DNA of 64,000 bases from Promethearchaeota archaeon (GCA_048939625.1 JBHLPH010000009.1:16400-80399), one strand, 5' to 3'; shown: positions 48,733-59,466, numbered from the stretch's first letter. Program-made: numbers and translations. The notes: generated by a model from the sequence alone, not told the origin.

Positions 48733-49646
48733 GTGCATCTGCACTCGCTCATTGTCCTGATTGTGGAACTACCCGGTTAGTGAAGGACTATTCAAGAGCA
48801 GAAATTATTTGCATGAACTGCGGACTCGTACTCACAGATCGAATTATCGATGAAGGCCCCGAATGGAGGGCTTTTGATCAAGAACAACGTGATAAACGTG
48901 CACGTGTTGGAGCGCCTCTCACATTCACTATTCACGATAAAGGGCTTTCAACAATGATTGATTGGCGAAATCGTGATAGTTATGGAAAAGACTTAGCTCC
49001 AAAACGTAGGGCGCAAATCTATCGACTACGGAAATGGCAACGAAGAATTCGTGTGTCCGATGCCACAGAACGCAATCTCGCTTATGCTCTTTCTGAACTG
49101 GATCGAATGGCATCGAGTCTAGGTCTTCCACGCAATGTTCGTGAAATCGCTGCAATGCTTTATCGCAGGGCTGTCGAACAACGCTTGATTCGAGGTCGGT
49201 CAATCGAAGGAGTTGCCGCAGCAGCCCTTTACGCGGCCTGTCGACAATCGCGTATTCCTAGAACGCTCGATGAAGTTGCTGAGGTTTCAAGAGTTGGCAA
49301 GAAGGAAATCGGACGGAGCTATCGGTTTATAGCACGTGAACTTCGTCTGTCCATCCCCCCAACCTCTCCCATAGACTATGTTCCTCGATTTATCAGTGAA
49401 CTGAAATTACTTGGTGAAGTTCAAGCGCAAGCGATTCAGATTCTGAAAATGGCTGCTAACAAAGGGCTAACCAGTGGTCGAGGACCAACTGGGGTAGCCG
49501 CTGCAGCCATCTATGTTGCTAGCGTTCTTGCAAATTCAAGACGTACCCAACGCGAAGTTGCTGCCGTTGCCCGGGTAACAGAAGTAACAGTGCGCAACCG
49601 TTACAAAGAGCTTGTTGAAAAACTGGATCTCGAAGTTCCCCTCTAA
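48717..49646 (+). CDS. tfb: Transcription initiation factor IIB (TFB); true start lies upstream of the ORF-track GTG at 48780, position uncertain
   Basis: Zn ribbon CPDCG..CMNCG, GPEWRAF, HDKGLST, two cyclin repeats, [12 protein letters not shown]. Confidence 0.93.
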   Translation, partial: TTKEVSASALAHCPDCGTTRLVKDYSRAEIICMNCGLVLTDRIIDEGPEWRAFDQEQRDKRARVGAPLTFTIHDKGLSTMIDWRNRDSYGKDLAPKRRAQIYRLRKWQRRIRVSDATERNLAYALSELDRMASSLGLPRNVREIAAMLYRRAVEQRLIRGRSIEGVAAAALYAACRQSRIPRTLDEVAEVSRVGKKEIGRSYRFIARELRLSIPPTSPIDYVPRFISELKLLGEVQAQAIQILKMAANKGLTSGRGPTGVAAAAIYVASVLANSRRTQREVAAVARVTEVTVRNRYKELVEKLDLEVPL

Positions 49647-49744
49647 CGGGTATTCATAGGGCGAAAATCTTCGCCCTTCTTCCTTTCTTTTCATTGGCGT
49701 TTGAAAGGTTTTTTATCCATCGAACCAGTTTCCTAGATGATGTC

Positions 49745-50080
49745 ATGGAATCTGGTACCATTGAGGTCCTTAAGGACGCAGGAAAGCAGGGCATTCTTCT
49801 TGCAGAGCTAGTTAAAAAAACAGAACAATCTGAATCAAAGATCCTCCAAATCATTGATTCATTGACAGAAAATGGACAAGTCAAAAAAGTTGAAGAAAGC
49901 CATGATGGAAAAGCCACCCTCCGAATTTTCTGGCAGGGTGAAGAAGAATCAGAATGGGATACACTAGAAGGATGTCCATGCTTTATATGCCCAGATATTG
50001 ATCAATGTGGTGCTGGTCAACCGACAAGTCCCTGGGTCTGTGATAAACTGAACAACTGGATTAAAGAACGTCTTGACTAG
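49745..50080 (+). CDS. RPC34/TFE-beta-like protein (wHTH plus Cys-rich Fe-S motif)
   Basis: N-terminal wHTH; CPCFICPDIDQC....SP..C..L..W. Confidence 0.75.
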   Translation: MESGTIEVLKDAGKQGILLAELVKKTEQSESKILQIIDSLTENGQVKKVEESHDGKATLRIFWQGEEESEWDTLEGCPCFICPDIDQCGAGQPTSPWVCDKLNNWIKERLD

Positions 50081-50684
50081 GAGGCTTTTCGCAACCACGA
50101 TATCCCTTTGCAATTAAGTACATCTCGGGACTTCGTTTAAACGATGATTGTGGCTTGTAAGTTTTCACCAAATTAAAGCACTCTTTGACTTGCTTGGTGA
50201 AATCGCGAAATGCCTCAGATTGAAAGACTTTAGTTACAAAGCTTCCCTTTCTCTCTAGCAACTCTGTGGCAAGTTGAAAACTAAGCTTTGCTAGCCATAC
50301 TTGGCGCTCTCGATCCAGAGATTTATTTCCTGTGAGTCTAGGTGCACAGTCACTGAGGACAGCATCAGCTGGTTTCTGTAAAATATCACGTAGCTGTTGA
50401 ATTAGGTCTGGTGATTCAATAGACTCCTGAATAATATATACACCCTGAATCGGCTGCACATACGTTTGGTCTACACCAACGATGATTGATTCAGGAGCAA
50501 CACACCGCTCACGGATCACCTGTAACCAAGACCCAGGGGCGCAACATAAATCAACGACTCGATGGGCGTCTTTTAAAATCTCAAACCGCTTATCGATTTC
50601 AAGAATTTTAAATCCAGCACGAGAACGATAACCTACTTCTTTGGCTCGTTTCCGGTAAGTTTCATCCCTTTTCCATCGGCTCAT
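50061..50684 (-). CDS. rlmE: 23S rRNA 2'-O-methyltransferase RlmE/FtsJ
   Basis: YRSRAGFK, DLCCAPGSWLQ, LSD.AP, KVF, S.EMY. Confidence 0.94.
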   Translation of the reverse strand: MSRWKRDETYRKRAKEVGYRSRAGFKILEIDKRFEILKDAHRVVDLCCAPGSWLQVIRERCVAPESIIVGVDQTYVQPIQGVYIIQESIESPDLIQQLRDILQKPADAVLSDCAPRLTGNKSLDRERQVWLAKLSFQLATELLERKGSFVTKVFQSEAFRDFTKQVKECFNLVKTYKPQSSFKRSPEMYLIAKGYRGCEKPPSQDVL

Positions 50685-50688
50685 ATCG

Positions 50689-51861
50689 TTATTTCTCCCC
50701 GGTTAATGATACAAGTAACTCACTCAAGAGTTCCTCACTTGCTGAAGTTCGAATTGCATGTGGGGAAAAATGTGTACGAACACAAAATAGTCCTTTTTTC
50801 TGTAATCTATTAATCACTTCGCGAAAGGGTGGAATAGGAACATTCAATTTATCAGCTAGACGATGTAGGTCATAATAAGTGGGAGGACCTCTCAGCTCTT
50901 CTCTGATTTTTGTCAACATTGTCAAAGCTCTTTGTTTTTGCCCCAATTGAAAGCTATCAAGCTCCTGCAGCATTCTTTTAACAAATGCTTCTTCTCCCAT
51001 TTTTCCAATCCAAAGGGGCCCTGCCTGCTCAACCTTTTCAGAACCACATTGAACACAAGTTATCGACTTCGGAACTAGTCCCTTCGAAGCAGATCGATAC
51101 CCACACTGACTGCAATGAAGGATGAACCCAAGCTGCGAAATTGCCTTCCACGTTTTAGCATCCCCCTCATTTGCCAAACAATAAACCCGAATATAATGAT
51201 CAACCGAAAAAGAAAGCAATGGATTTAATCCTATATTCAATGCAGCTGCCTCTCGAACGATTGATCCGATCAGAATTCGAACTGCCAATTCGTGAGCATA
51301 TTCGACTTTCAAAGGGACTGCTGCATACCGTTTGATACACGTCCGTCGACGAATGCCTACTAATACTGGCATATCAGTTGCTGTAAGACAAAGGAGGGCA
51401 GGAGGCTTTAGGGCTCTAATTGCGGAGGTGAAAAATTCACGGGGAGACCCAAAAGGATCAATGTCAATAATATCGAATTTATTCTCAAATGCCACAAACT
51501 CGGTTAAAAGGCGATTTGCTTCTTTATGGTAAACCTCAAGGATGTCTTCAACACCATTCATTTTACAGTTTTTTTGAATGAGCTCGATTGCCTGAGGATT
51601 TGCATCCCCAACAATCACTTTCCCGATTCCGTTCAACTCCTTTGCTATTCTGATAGGACGAACTCCGGTTCCTGCTAATGGTGTGCAAATCCGAGTTTTC
51701 GTTTTCTTTTGTTCAGAAATGAAGACTTGTAAAGCTACTATTGTGATATCACGATTAAGTTCAGACTTTGGATTGTAAAACACAGTCATACTAGTTGTCG
51801 GAATTTTTTGCAGAGGTGGCCGTAGAAAGGTTATCGCGCCTTCCTTGTGTTCCTCGTACAA
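50689..51861 (-). CDS. trm1: tRNA m2,2G26 dimethyltransferase
   Basis: VFYNP...NRD, GTGVR, IDIDPFGSP, TATD, CxxC/CxxC, GPLW.G, RTHF. Confidence 0.94.
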   Translation of the reverse strand: MYEEHKEGAITFLRPPLQKIPTTSMTVFYNPKSELNRDITIVALQVFISEQKKTKTRICTPLAGTGVRPIRIAKELNGIGKVIVGDANPQAIELIQKNCKMNGVEDILEVYHKEANRLLTEFVAFENKFDIIDIDPFGSPREFFTSAIRALKPPALLCLTATDMPVLVGIRRRTCIKRYAAVPLKVEYAHELAVRILIGSIVREAAALNIGLNPLLSFSVDHYIRVYCLANEGDAKTWKAISQLGFILHCSQCGYRSASKGLVPKSITCVQCGSEKVEQAGPLWIGKMGEEAFVKRMLQELDSFQLGQKQRALTMLTKIREELRGPPTYYDLHRLADKLNVPIPPFREVINRLQKKGLFCVRTHFSPHAIRTSASEELLSELLVSLTGEK

Positions 51862-51862
51862 G

Positions 51863-52834
51863 TTAAGCTCCCCGACGGCTGTGAATTAACATGATAAAAT
51901 CACTGGGATTCTCAAGTGAAATGAGTTCTTTAAGATAAATCACTGGAATTCCACTAATTGCTTCCACAGTGGGAGAATCAGAGGCGATTATTGCTGGCTC
52001 CTCCTTGAGTACCTGTGCCAGTTCAGCTAAAAATTCAAGTCGATCTTCATCAAGTCGCTCAAGGCGCTGTTCTAAATAGCTGAGTACAACATGCTGGCGA
52101 AGGGAGGTCAATAGATCAAATGGAGCATCATGTGCAATGGTCGAATTGAAGCCCAAACGGGACAAAATTTCTAATGTTTGTTTCGTAAGGCGTGTTTGTT
52201 TAGCAAAGAGCTCTTCACCTTGTTGAGAACTGCTTGAGGATGATATGGTTCCAAAGAGGTTCATAGGTTCAATGAGTGAAGTATTAAGGAGTTCCTCTAA
52301 TCGAAGAGCAATATCAACTTTGGGACTAATTGACCCCCTCTCGTACTCATATATTGCACGTCGGGAAAGTCCCATTTCATCGGCAATATCTCCCCGAGAA
52401 AGGTTCAACGCCTCACGTGCTATCTTTAGTTTTTCGCCATCCATAATGACGTAAATTCCACCCTTTTTAGCCAGAAGGAATGGGTATACCTTCTCTTCCA
52501 GCATACGGCGAAATGTTTCAAGGCTAATTGCTGGAATCGAACCACGCAAGTGCACTACACCATCCTGCAAGGGGCGTTTCCTAGTTCGTTCTCCAACGAT
52601 TAATGGAGTGCAACGAAGAATTGAACAGATTTTCATTAATTCTTCTCTAATATGAGACTCAACATTGTCAATAGTAATACTTGCCTTGACCGCAATCCGT
52701 ACATCTCCTTCATCGATAATACTATCAAAACAGTATTCCGGATTAAAGGTAGTAGCATGGACTCGAGCCGATGTATCTAGGACCTCACGAACATCATCTA
52801 GATACTTTTGTTTTGCTTGCATGTTATTTGCCAA
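51863..52834 (-). CDS. Archaeal Cro/C1-HTH regulator (COG1395-like)
   Basis: PLIVGE, L.DGVV..R..IP, GGIYV..DG, SRRAIYEYERG, APFD. Confidence 0.85.
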   Translation of the reverse strand: MANNMQAKQKYLDDVREVLDTSARVHATTFNPEYCFDSIIDEGDVRIAVKASITIDNVESHIREELMKICSILRCTPLIVGERTRKRPLQDGVVHLRGSIPAISLETFRRMLEEKVYPFLLAKKGGIYVIMDGEKLKIAREALNLSRGDIADEMGLSRRAIYEYERGSISPKVDIALRLEELLNTSLIEPMNLFGTISSSSSSQQGEELFAKQTRLTKQTLEILSRLGFNSTIAHDAPFDLLTSLRQHVVLSYLEQRLERLDEDRLEFLAELAQVLKEEPAIIASDSPTVEAISGIPVIYLKELISLENPSDFIMLIHSRRGA

Positions 52835-53258
52835 ATCCTATTGTCAAAGTAGTCGGCAATTTCTGTCTTAAGAGACCCACTTCTGGCGAATAAATAATTC
52901 GGGGAAGTTCGACCAAACGCCAAGCTTCGAAGGGGCTGTTAATTTTTCCGAGAATGCGTAAGATCGTAAACTGCTCAAGCTTGGATCCCCCGATAGTGTG
53001 AGCTCCTGCACCCAAGGAGGTTCTTCTCAAGAGGATGAAGGGAAGCATAATTTGACTATGAAATTCGGGGGGAATAATCTCCGCTAATTTCTTTAATTCC
53101 TCTAAGCGAACAGCACTCCTTTGCCCGTCACGAGTAGTGAAACTTGGAGAACTTTCTTTTAGTAATTCAGAAAGGGCTTTCTTAGTTTTAGGCATATGGT
53201 CATTTAACTGGGCAATTTCGCGTTCAAGACCAGAGAGAAATCCCGAATACTTCTTCAT
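52824..53258 (-). CDS. DUF61-family protein
   Basis: LNDHMP..KK.LSELL, TRDG, LP.IL, LR..LPT. Confidence 0.75.
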   Translation of the reverse strand: MKKYSGFLSGLEREIAQLNDHMPKTKKALSELLKESSPSFTTRDGQRSAVRLEELKKLAEIIPPEFHSQIMLPFILLRRTSLGAGAHTIGGSKLEQFTILRILGKINSPFEAWRLVELPRIIYSPEVGLLRQKLPTTLTIGFGK

Positions 53259-53260
53259 CC

Positions 53261-53956
53261 CTAAAGTTCACCATAAACCGCACTTAGAAATATATGGTCG
53301 GCAGAAAAGGGATCTAACGATACGCGATCAACTATAGTAAACCCAGATTGGGATAATATCTTTTCCTCGCGTTCAAATACTCGTGATGGCTTAGCGGCAA
53401 CATCAATACTACGAGCCTTGATAGCAACATAAGCAGTACCACCCGCTCGAAGAAATCGTTTAGCATTTTGAACAAGGATTTTCGCTTGATGCGGTTGCGC
53501 AACATCTTGGTATATCACATCTACCAACTCTGGGATTTGCACATATGATTCAGGATGTCTTGCATCTGCCATTATCGGTATCATGTTCTTTCGTGTGGCA
53601 CTAATTTGAACGAGATCACGCATGACACGAGGTGCGAATTCAACGCAATAAACACGACCATCAGCGCCAATGAGATCCGAAACATGGCTAGCAGTTGTTC
53701 CTGAGGATGCACCGAGATATAGGACAGAGAGCTTGGGTGAAAAAGCGTAAGCCTCCAACCCTCGAAGAATCGCAGCAGATAGTTTACTCCGATAAGGGTC
53801 CCAAATACGGTATTCAGTTGATTTTACTGAAACCTTCTGTTCATTATACACTGTGGTTCCTGGAGCCAAATTCTTTGTAGCAGGGCGCCTTGTTCCTGAT
53901 TCTAGCAATGCCCAGAATAGACCAGGTCGCTTTTCATCTTCATTGATAGTTGTCAT
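53261..53956 (-). CDS. flpA: Fibrillarin-like 2'-O-methyltransferase
   Basis: YRIWDPYRSKL, VLYLGASSGTTASHVSD, DVAQP, IKARSID. Confidence 0.96.
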   Translation of the reverse strand: MTTINEDEKRPGLFWALLESGTRRPATKNLAPGTTVYNEQKVSVKSTEYRIWDPYRSKLSAAILRGLEAYAFSPKLSVLYLGASSGTTASHVSDLIGADGRVYCVEFAPRVMRDLVQISATRKNMIPIMADARHPESYVQIPELVDVIYQDVAQPHQAKILVQNAKRFLRAGGTAYVAIKARSIDVAAKPSRVFEREEKILSQSGFTIVDRVSLDPFSADHIFLSAVYGEL

Positions 53957-53958
53957 AT

Positions 53959-55191
53959 TTATTTCCTCTTTGTTTTACTGCTCCGTTTTTTCGGGGCGTG
54001 TGGTTTTGGTCGTTTTCTATACCGCTTCGGGCTGTGTCTCTGCGGTTTTGAAGGAGGTGTTTTCGGTGCGTTAGGATATTTTCGCTTCACTTCTGCAACT
54101 CGTGAAAGAACATTTTGTTTTAATTCGTCTGCTACATACTGGCCAGAATACAAATCTATTCGAGCCGCAATAGCGATTTTGCCAGCAAGAATGCGTGCGA
54201 TTTTTCCTCGCTGCCACCAAGGTGCTGAGTGGACTAGAGTGTGCTGGAAAATCACTCCATGTTTTGGAGGCTTTGCTCCTGTCTTCAAAGCTCGGAAAAG
54301 TGCTTGTTCAGCGCCAAGTACTTGGACGGTGCTTGCTGGAAAACGGGCCAGCCTTTCAATTCCTCCTGCCAATCCAATTAACCTGGCACCGATTACAGGA
54401 CCTATTAATCCACGTAGGTTCGGAGCGACGGTTAGCATCGAGTCATCAAGGTACTTCTCTAGTTGTTCTCTGAAATCATATAACCCAAGAATCTGTTTCC
54501 CTAAACCCTGGATCATCACCATATCCTGCTCAGAAATTTCCGCTCCCATCGACTGCTCTAGTAATTCCGACTTAATTTTTGATTCTGAAATAAGTTGGAT
54601 TAATTCAGGATTGCTGCTTATCTGATCCCTTGTACCACCTTCAGCTACAATACGAGCTAGGGATTGACCGTTTTCAATCGAATGAGCTGCTTCAGGAAAG
54701 TGTAAACCAAACCATTCACGAAGTCGGGAAACCATCAAGTTTTGTGCCTTTTCGATATCATCTAAGGAATTCATTGCCTGGATAATTAATTGGTCACTTT
54801 GTTCAGAAGCAGTACGGATTGCTAGACGTGAAATCCCAACGGAAATCTCATGTAGCATTTCCCCATTCCCAGAAGTCACTTTCTTGCCAAGAAAATCCAA
54901 ACGAACTCGGCGCCAAAACCGTACGTCCTCATACAGCTGCCCTCTAACTTCATATAATCTTGAAATGTCTTCAGCAAATCCTTGCGATTCAACAAAGATG
55001 CGCTCAACTTTCTTTGACTGTAAGGTATTGAAAAACTCTCTTAGCTTAGGCTCATTTGTACCTTGGCGAATTTGAGTGTATACCTTGCTGATTTCTTCTG
55101 GGGTCTGACCTAAACTCAGTTCTGAAACAACCGACAGCTGATCGTTAATACAATAGAGCTTACTGACGCCAAAGACAAGATATCCATCCAC
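53959..55191 (-). CDS. nop5: C/D box RNP protein Nop5 (Nop56/58)
   Basis: LREWFGLHFPE, APNL, PASTVQVLGAE.ALF, PPKHGVIF, RGKIAR. Confidence 0.95.
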   Translation of the reverse strand: MDGYLVFGVSKLYCINDQLSVVSELSLGQTPEEISKVYTQIRQGTNEPKLREFFNTLQSKKVERIFVESQGFAEDISRLYEVRGQLYEDVRFWRRVRLDFLGKKVTSGNGEMLHEISVGISRLAIRTASEQSDQLIIQAMNSLDDIEKAQNLMVSRLREWFGLHFPEAAHSIENGQSLARIVAEGGTRDQISSNPELIQLISESKIKSELLEQSMGAEISEQDMVMIQGLGKQILGLYDFREQLEKYLDDSMLTVAPNLRGLIGPVIGARLIGLAGGIERLARFPASTVQVLGAEQALFRALKTGAKPPKHGVIFQHTLVHSAPWWQRGKIARILAGKIAIAARIDLYSGQYVADELKQNVLSRVAEVKRKYPNAPKTPPSKPQRHSPKRYRKRPKPHAPKKRSSKTKRK

Positions 55192-55341
55192 GTTCTTTCA
55201 CCTATTTGCGTTTAGCCTACCAGTTCAAGCGCCTGTAAAAAGATTCCTGATACCAAATCGCTTTCAAAATCTCTAATTATACACACGGCAAACGGAAATC
55301 CTTAAAGCCTAAGATGCAAACACCGAGTCAGTGATAGAAAA

Positions 55342-55515
55342 ATGCCCGGTTCACACGGAAGCCTAACAAAAGCTGGTAAAGTTCGGAGCCAAACACCAAA
55401 AATTGAGGGCAAAGTACGGGTTACTCCAATTCCTCGTCTGCGCAATCGTAGAATCTATACAAAACGCATCCTGAATCAAACCCCAGCTGGACAGCCAAAG
55501 GCCGCACGGCGCTAA
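55342..55515 (+). CDS. rps30e: Ribosomal protein eS30 (57 aa, below ORF-track cutoff)
   Basis: MPGSHGSLTKAGKVRSQTPKI..PRLRNRRIY. Confidence 0.95.
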   Translation: MPGSHGSLTKAGKVRSQTPKIEGKVRVTPIPRLRNRRIYTKRILNQTPAGQPKAARR

Positions 55516-55583
55516 GACTAGATTTTTTACCTAATCTAGCTCTTCTTCATACGCTTTTCGTTTCACATAAAGATAATACTCAG

Positions 55584-57179
55584 GTGGAAATTAGGTTGGA
55601 GCGCGTTGCTCACGAAATTCTTCAAGCCGCCTTAGCTGGTAAAGTCAATAGCAAGAATGACTTACAGAAGCTGAAACGAAAACTAAGTAAAAAACATAAC
55701 CTTTCACGATTTCCTTCTGATGTCGAAATTCTCAGTTTTGCCACAGAGGAAGAAAAGGAAAAAGTTAGCCACATCCTTCGAAAGAAACCAACACGGACTC
55801 TGTCAGGCATTGTCGTCATTGCGGTAATGACTGAACCAATGGAGTGTCCAGGAAAGTGTATTTACTGCCCCACTAATATCCCAACCGCTCCTAAAGCCTA
55901 CGTAGGCGATGAACCTGCCACATTAAGAGCAAGACAAAGTCAATATGATCCATATCTCCAAGTAACGAGTCGATTAGAGCAACTACAAGCGATGGGTCAC
56001 AGCACAGACAAGATTGAGTTAATTGTGATGGGCGGAACCTTTCTTTCTGCTTCAGATAGTTATCAACAGGAATTTATGAAACGCTGTTTCGATGCAATGA
56101 ACGGATATGAAGCAAAAAATATTGATGAAGCACTGCACCTAGCAGAAAAGGCACCCATCCGTCCTGTTGGAATAACAATCGAAACTCGTCCAGACTACTG
56201 CAAGCAAATTCATGTCGATAAGATGCTCAACTTAGGAACAACCAGAGTTGAATTGGGTGTACAAACAATTTATGATGACATCTATCAAACGGTGTGCCGC
56301 GGTCACACAGTTAAAGATGTCATCAACGCAACCCAACTCGCTAAAGATGCTGGACTGAAAGTATGTTATCATATCATGCCGGGATTACCAGGGTCCTCTA
56401 AGCAACGAGATCAACAAGTCTTCAAAGACATCTTTTCAAGAGAAGAGTTTCAACCTGATTTACTCAAAATATATCCCTGCCTTGTTTTACGGGGTAGTGA
56501 TTTATTCGAAATCTGGCGTAAAGGTGAATACTCGCCTTATTCGACTGAAGAGATTATTGATCTCATTGCGGAAGTCATGCCATTGATTCCTCATTGGGTT
56601 CGAATTCAACGGATGCAGCGAGACATTCCCAAAAAGCTAATCGTAGATGGACCCAATGCTGGAAACCTCACTCAACTTGTTTTTCAGAGAGCAGAAGAGA
56701 GGGGCTACAAAATCCAGACTATCAGATATCGTGAAGTTGGGTACAAACAACGTTCTCAAATCCTGAGGAAACAAGACAGAATCGATATTAAAGCCTTGAA
56801 ACTTCGAGTTGATGAATATTCTGCTTCAAAAGGAACCGAACTTTTTCTCGCTTATGAAAATTCTCAGCAGGACACATTAGTTGGATACTTGCGCCTTCGC
56901 CTTCCTAGTCAGATGGCGCATCGTCCTGAAATAAGATTACAAGACGCAGCCCTTTTAAGGGAATTACATGTCTACGGACAATCTGTTAACCTCGGAAAAA
57001 CCCAAGAAGATGCATGGCAACACCGTGGGGTTGGTGCTCAACTTCTCGCTGCTGCAGAAGAACTAACGCAAGAACATGGTCGCAAACGAATCGTATGTAC
57101 CAGTGGTGTTGGAGCACGAGAATACTATCTTCGACACGGCTATCGCCATGACGGTCCATATATGACCAAAATCCTGTAA
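55584..57179 (+). CDS. elp3: Elp3 tRNA U34 carboxymethyltransferase (radical SAM plus KAT)
   Basis: KPTRTLSG, CPGKCIYCP, MGGTF, ETRPD, RELHVYG, QHRGVG, SGVGAREYY. Confidence 0.95.
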   Translation: MEIRLERVAHEILQAALAGKVNSKNDLQKLKRKLSKKHNLSRFPSDVEILSFATEEEKEKVSHILRKKPTRTLSGIVVIAVMTEPMECPGKCIYCPTNIPTAPKAYVGDEPATLRARQSQYDPYLQVTSRLEQLQAMGHSTDKIELIVMGGTFLSASDSYQQEFMKRCFDAMNGYEAKNIDEALHLAEKAPIRPVGITIETRPDYCKQIHVDKMLNLGTTRVELGVQTIYDDIYQTVCRGHTVKDVINATQLAKDAGLKVCYHIMPGLPGSSKQRDQQVFKDIFSREEFQPDLLKIYPCLVLRGSDLFEIWRKGEYSPYSTEEIIDLIAEVMPLIPHWVRIQRMQRDIPKKLIVDGPNAGNLTQLVFQRAEERGYKIQTIRYREVGYKQRSQILRKQDRIDIKALKLRVDEYSASKGTELFLAYENSQQDTLVGYLRLRLPSQMAHRPEIRLQDAALLRELHVYGQSVNLGKTQEDAWQHRGVGAQLLAAAEELTQEHGRKRIVCTSGVGAREYYLRHGYRHDGPYMTKIL

Positions 57180-57239
57180 TATACCCAAACGGGAAAATTT
57201 ATGCTAACGGTAAGGAGTGTCTCATAGGGGCAATTCAAC

Positions 57240-59072
57240 ATGTGCGGAATTATTGGCGCAATTCACTTAACAGGAAGCGTTTCCTCCATTTTGCGTCAAT
57301 CATTGAAACGGCTAGAATATCGCGGATATGATTCCAGTGGAATTGCCACCGCTTCTAAAGGCACCTTATTCATTAAGAAAGATAAAGGAAAAATCGATGA
57401 TATCCACCGCCGCTTGAATTTTGATAATTTGCCCGGGAGTATTGGAATCGGTCACACAAGGTGGGCGACTCATGGTCCTCCTTCAAAAGTCAATGCACAC
57501 CCGCACGTAGATTGTAATAATCAGATTGCCGTAGTTCATAATGGGATCATTGATAACTATCAAGAATTACGAGAAGGTCTAATATCCAACGGACACCATT
57601 TTCGCTCCCAGACGGATACTGAAGTTATTCCACATCTGATTGAAGACGCTTTATCTGAAACAAAGAATCTTGGTAAAGCTGTTGCACAAATAATTCCTAA
57701 ATTAGAAGGAAGTTATGCAATCGTCGTATTAACCTCAAATGGTAAGGAACTGATTTGTGGAAGAAATGAAAGTCCACTGGTTGTCGGGCTTGGTTCTCAA
57801 GGAGTCTATTGTGCATCAGACGTTCCTGCGTTCCTACCTATGACTCAAAAAACCATTGTCCTCGAAGAAAATGAATTCGCTCATCTAACCTCAAAAGGTG
57901 TAATGGTTAGTCGATTAGATGAATCCGGGGCCCTCGCACAACTTCCTCTTCGTCAACCAATAATTGTTGACTGGACAATTGATATGGCCCAAAAAGGCGG
58001 TTACCCCCATTTTATGCTAAAAGAAATTCACGAGCAACCACGAGCACTAAGTGATACTCTTCGGATTAGACAGGTTGACCTTGAAGCATTCGCTGAAATC
58101 CTAAATAATCACAGGAACATCATTACACTCGCCGCAGGAACATCATTTCATGCAACGCTTGCTGCAAAATATATGTTCTCACAGATTGCAAATCGACTTG
58201 TGCATGGTATTATCGCTTCTGAAGGATCAGACACGGTAGCAAACAGCTTAGGTGATGAGACCGCTGTATTAGCAGTCACGCAATCAGGCGAAACGATTGA
58301 CACAATTCATGCTGTCAAACACCTAAAGAAACACGGAGCGAAAATTCTAGCTATCACAAATACTGTTGGAAGCTCCATTACTCGACTTTCTGATTCAGTT
58401 CTCTATACCCAAGCAGGTCCTGAAATCGGAGTCGCAGCAACCAAGACATTTGCGACTCAACTAGCAACTCTCGCACTTCTGTCAACATCTCTAGGCGTCA
58501 TGACTGGTGCCCAAACAAAAAAGGAGAGCAAGGAATTACAGGGGGCACTCAATCAATTTCCCAATCTCATACAATCTGTTATTCGCAACCAAGAAAGTAT
58601 GATTAAGGAAACTGCCCAAGAGTACATCACAAAATCAAATTTTTTCTTTCTTGGACGAGGTATCAACACACCCACCGCCATGGAAGGAGCACTCAAAATT
58701 AAAGAAATAGCCTATGTTCATGCAGAAGGATATCCAGCAGGCGAATCCAAACACGGACCCATTGCACTTGTAGAATCCGGTTTTCCTGTAGTATTCGTCG
58801 CCCCTAATGATACTACCCGGCGCCACTTAGAAGGGAACATCATGGAAATGAAAGCCAGAGGAGCACAGATCATAACCCTGTGCTCAGAAGATGATCAGGA
58901 ACTCATCACTCTTAGCGACCATGCCATAACGCTACCTATGCTTCCTTCCTTCTTCTTCTCACCAATCAGTTATGTTGTTCCACTCCAACTACTAGCCTAT
59001 TATGCAGCAATCTTGCGTGGACATAACCCTGACCAACCGCGGAATCTTGCTAAGGCTGTTACTGTCCTTTGA
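57240..59072 (+). CDS. glmS: Glutamine-fructose-6-phosphate transaminase
   Basis: MCGIIG, LEYRGYDS, GHTRWATHG, QSGET, KHGPIAL, PRNLAKAVTV. Confidence 0.97.
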   Translation: MCGIIGAIHLTGSVSSILRQSLKRLEYRGYDSSGIATASKGTLFIKKDKGKIDDIHRRLNFDNLPGSIGIGHTRWATHGPPSKVNAHPHVDCNNQIAVVHNGIIDNYQELREGLISNGHHFRSQTDTEVIPHLIEDALSETKNLGKAVAQIIPKLEGSYAIVVLTSNGKELICGRNESPLVVGLGSQGVYCASDVPAFLPMTQKTIVLEENEFAHLTSKGVMVSRLDESGALAQLPLRQPIIVDWTIDMAQKGGYPHFMLKEIHEQPRALSDTLRIRQVDLEAFAEILNNHRNIITLAAGTSFHATLAAKYMFSQIANRLVHGIIASEGSDTVANSLGDETAVLAVTQSGETIDTIHAVKHLKKHGAKILAITNTVGSSITRLSDSVLYTQAGPEIGVAATKTFATQLATLALLSTSLGVMTGAQTKKESKELQGALNQFPNLIQSVIRNQESMIKETAQEYITKSNFFFLGRGINTPTAMEGALKIKEIAYVHAEGYPAGESKHGPIALVESGFPVVFVAPNDTTRRHLEGNIMEMKARGAQIITLCSEDDQELITLSDHAITLPMLPSFFFSPISYVVPLQLLAYYAAILRGHNPDQPRNLAKAVTVL

Positions 59073-59133
59073 CACAAAGAGTTAAAACACCACATTGGCT
59101 AGTTCACAATACCACTAAACTAGGTGCAAAGAT

Positions 59134-59364
59134 TTGGCCCGCTGCCCCGAATGTGCAGGAACGATGAAATTCGATCCCAAGAGCAGCCGTCAAGTATGTC
59201 AACGATGTGGACTTGCTGTATCCCGTGCAGAACTCGACCGACTCTGGGATGAACAGCGCTCCTCTTTTCGCGAAGATGATGCAGAAAGAGAAAAGTCTCA
59301 ACGACGTCGCGACTATCTTGAGTGGTGGCTCGGAAAGAAAGGCAAAGAAAAACGAAAGAAGTAA
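59134..59364 (+). CDS. Small Zn-ribbon protein
   Basis: CPECAG..CQRCGL; basic tail with DYLEWWL. Confidence 0.7.
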   Translation: MARCPECAGTMKFDPKSSRQVCQRCGLAVSRAELDRLWDEQRSSFREDDAEREKSQRRRDYLEWWLGKKGKEKRKK

Positions 59365-59466
59365 TTCTACTTCCGCGTGCTACACGCTGAGTCAGTTTTA
59401 CGTAAGTGTGGAAAATCCTTTTATGGACGGCAACTTCAGTTCGTGCAGTGAAGCGGCTAGTCTTCC

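Noticed and set aside
48732-48745. Hairpin AGTGC-ATCT-GCACT at the tfb 5' end as another BHB intron
   Set aside because: No 4-bp central helix with paired 3-nt bulges can be formed around it
59365-59466. Replication origin upstream of cdc6
   Set aside because: The spacer is short, not AT-rich, and has no recognisable repeated ORB motifs
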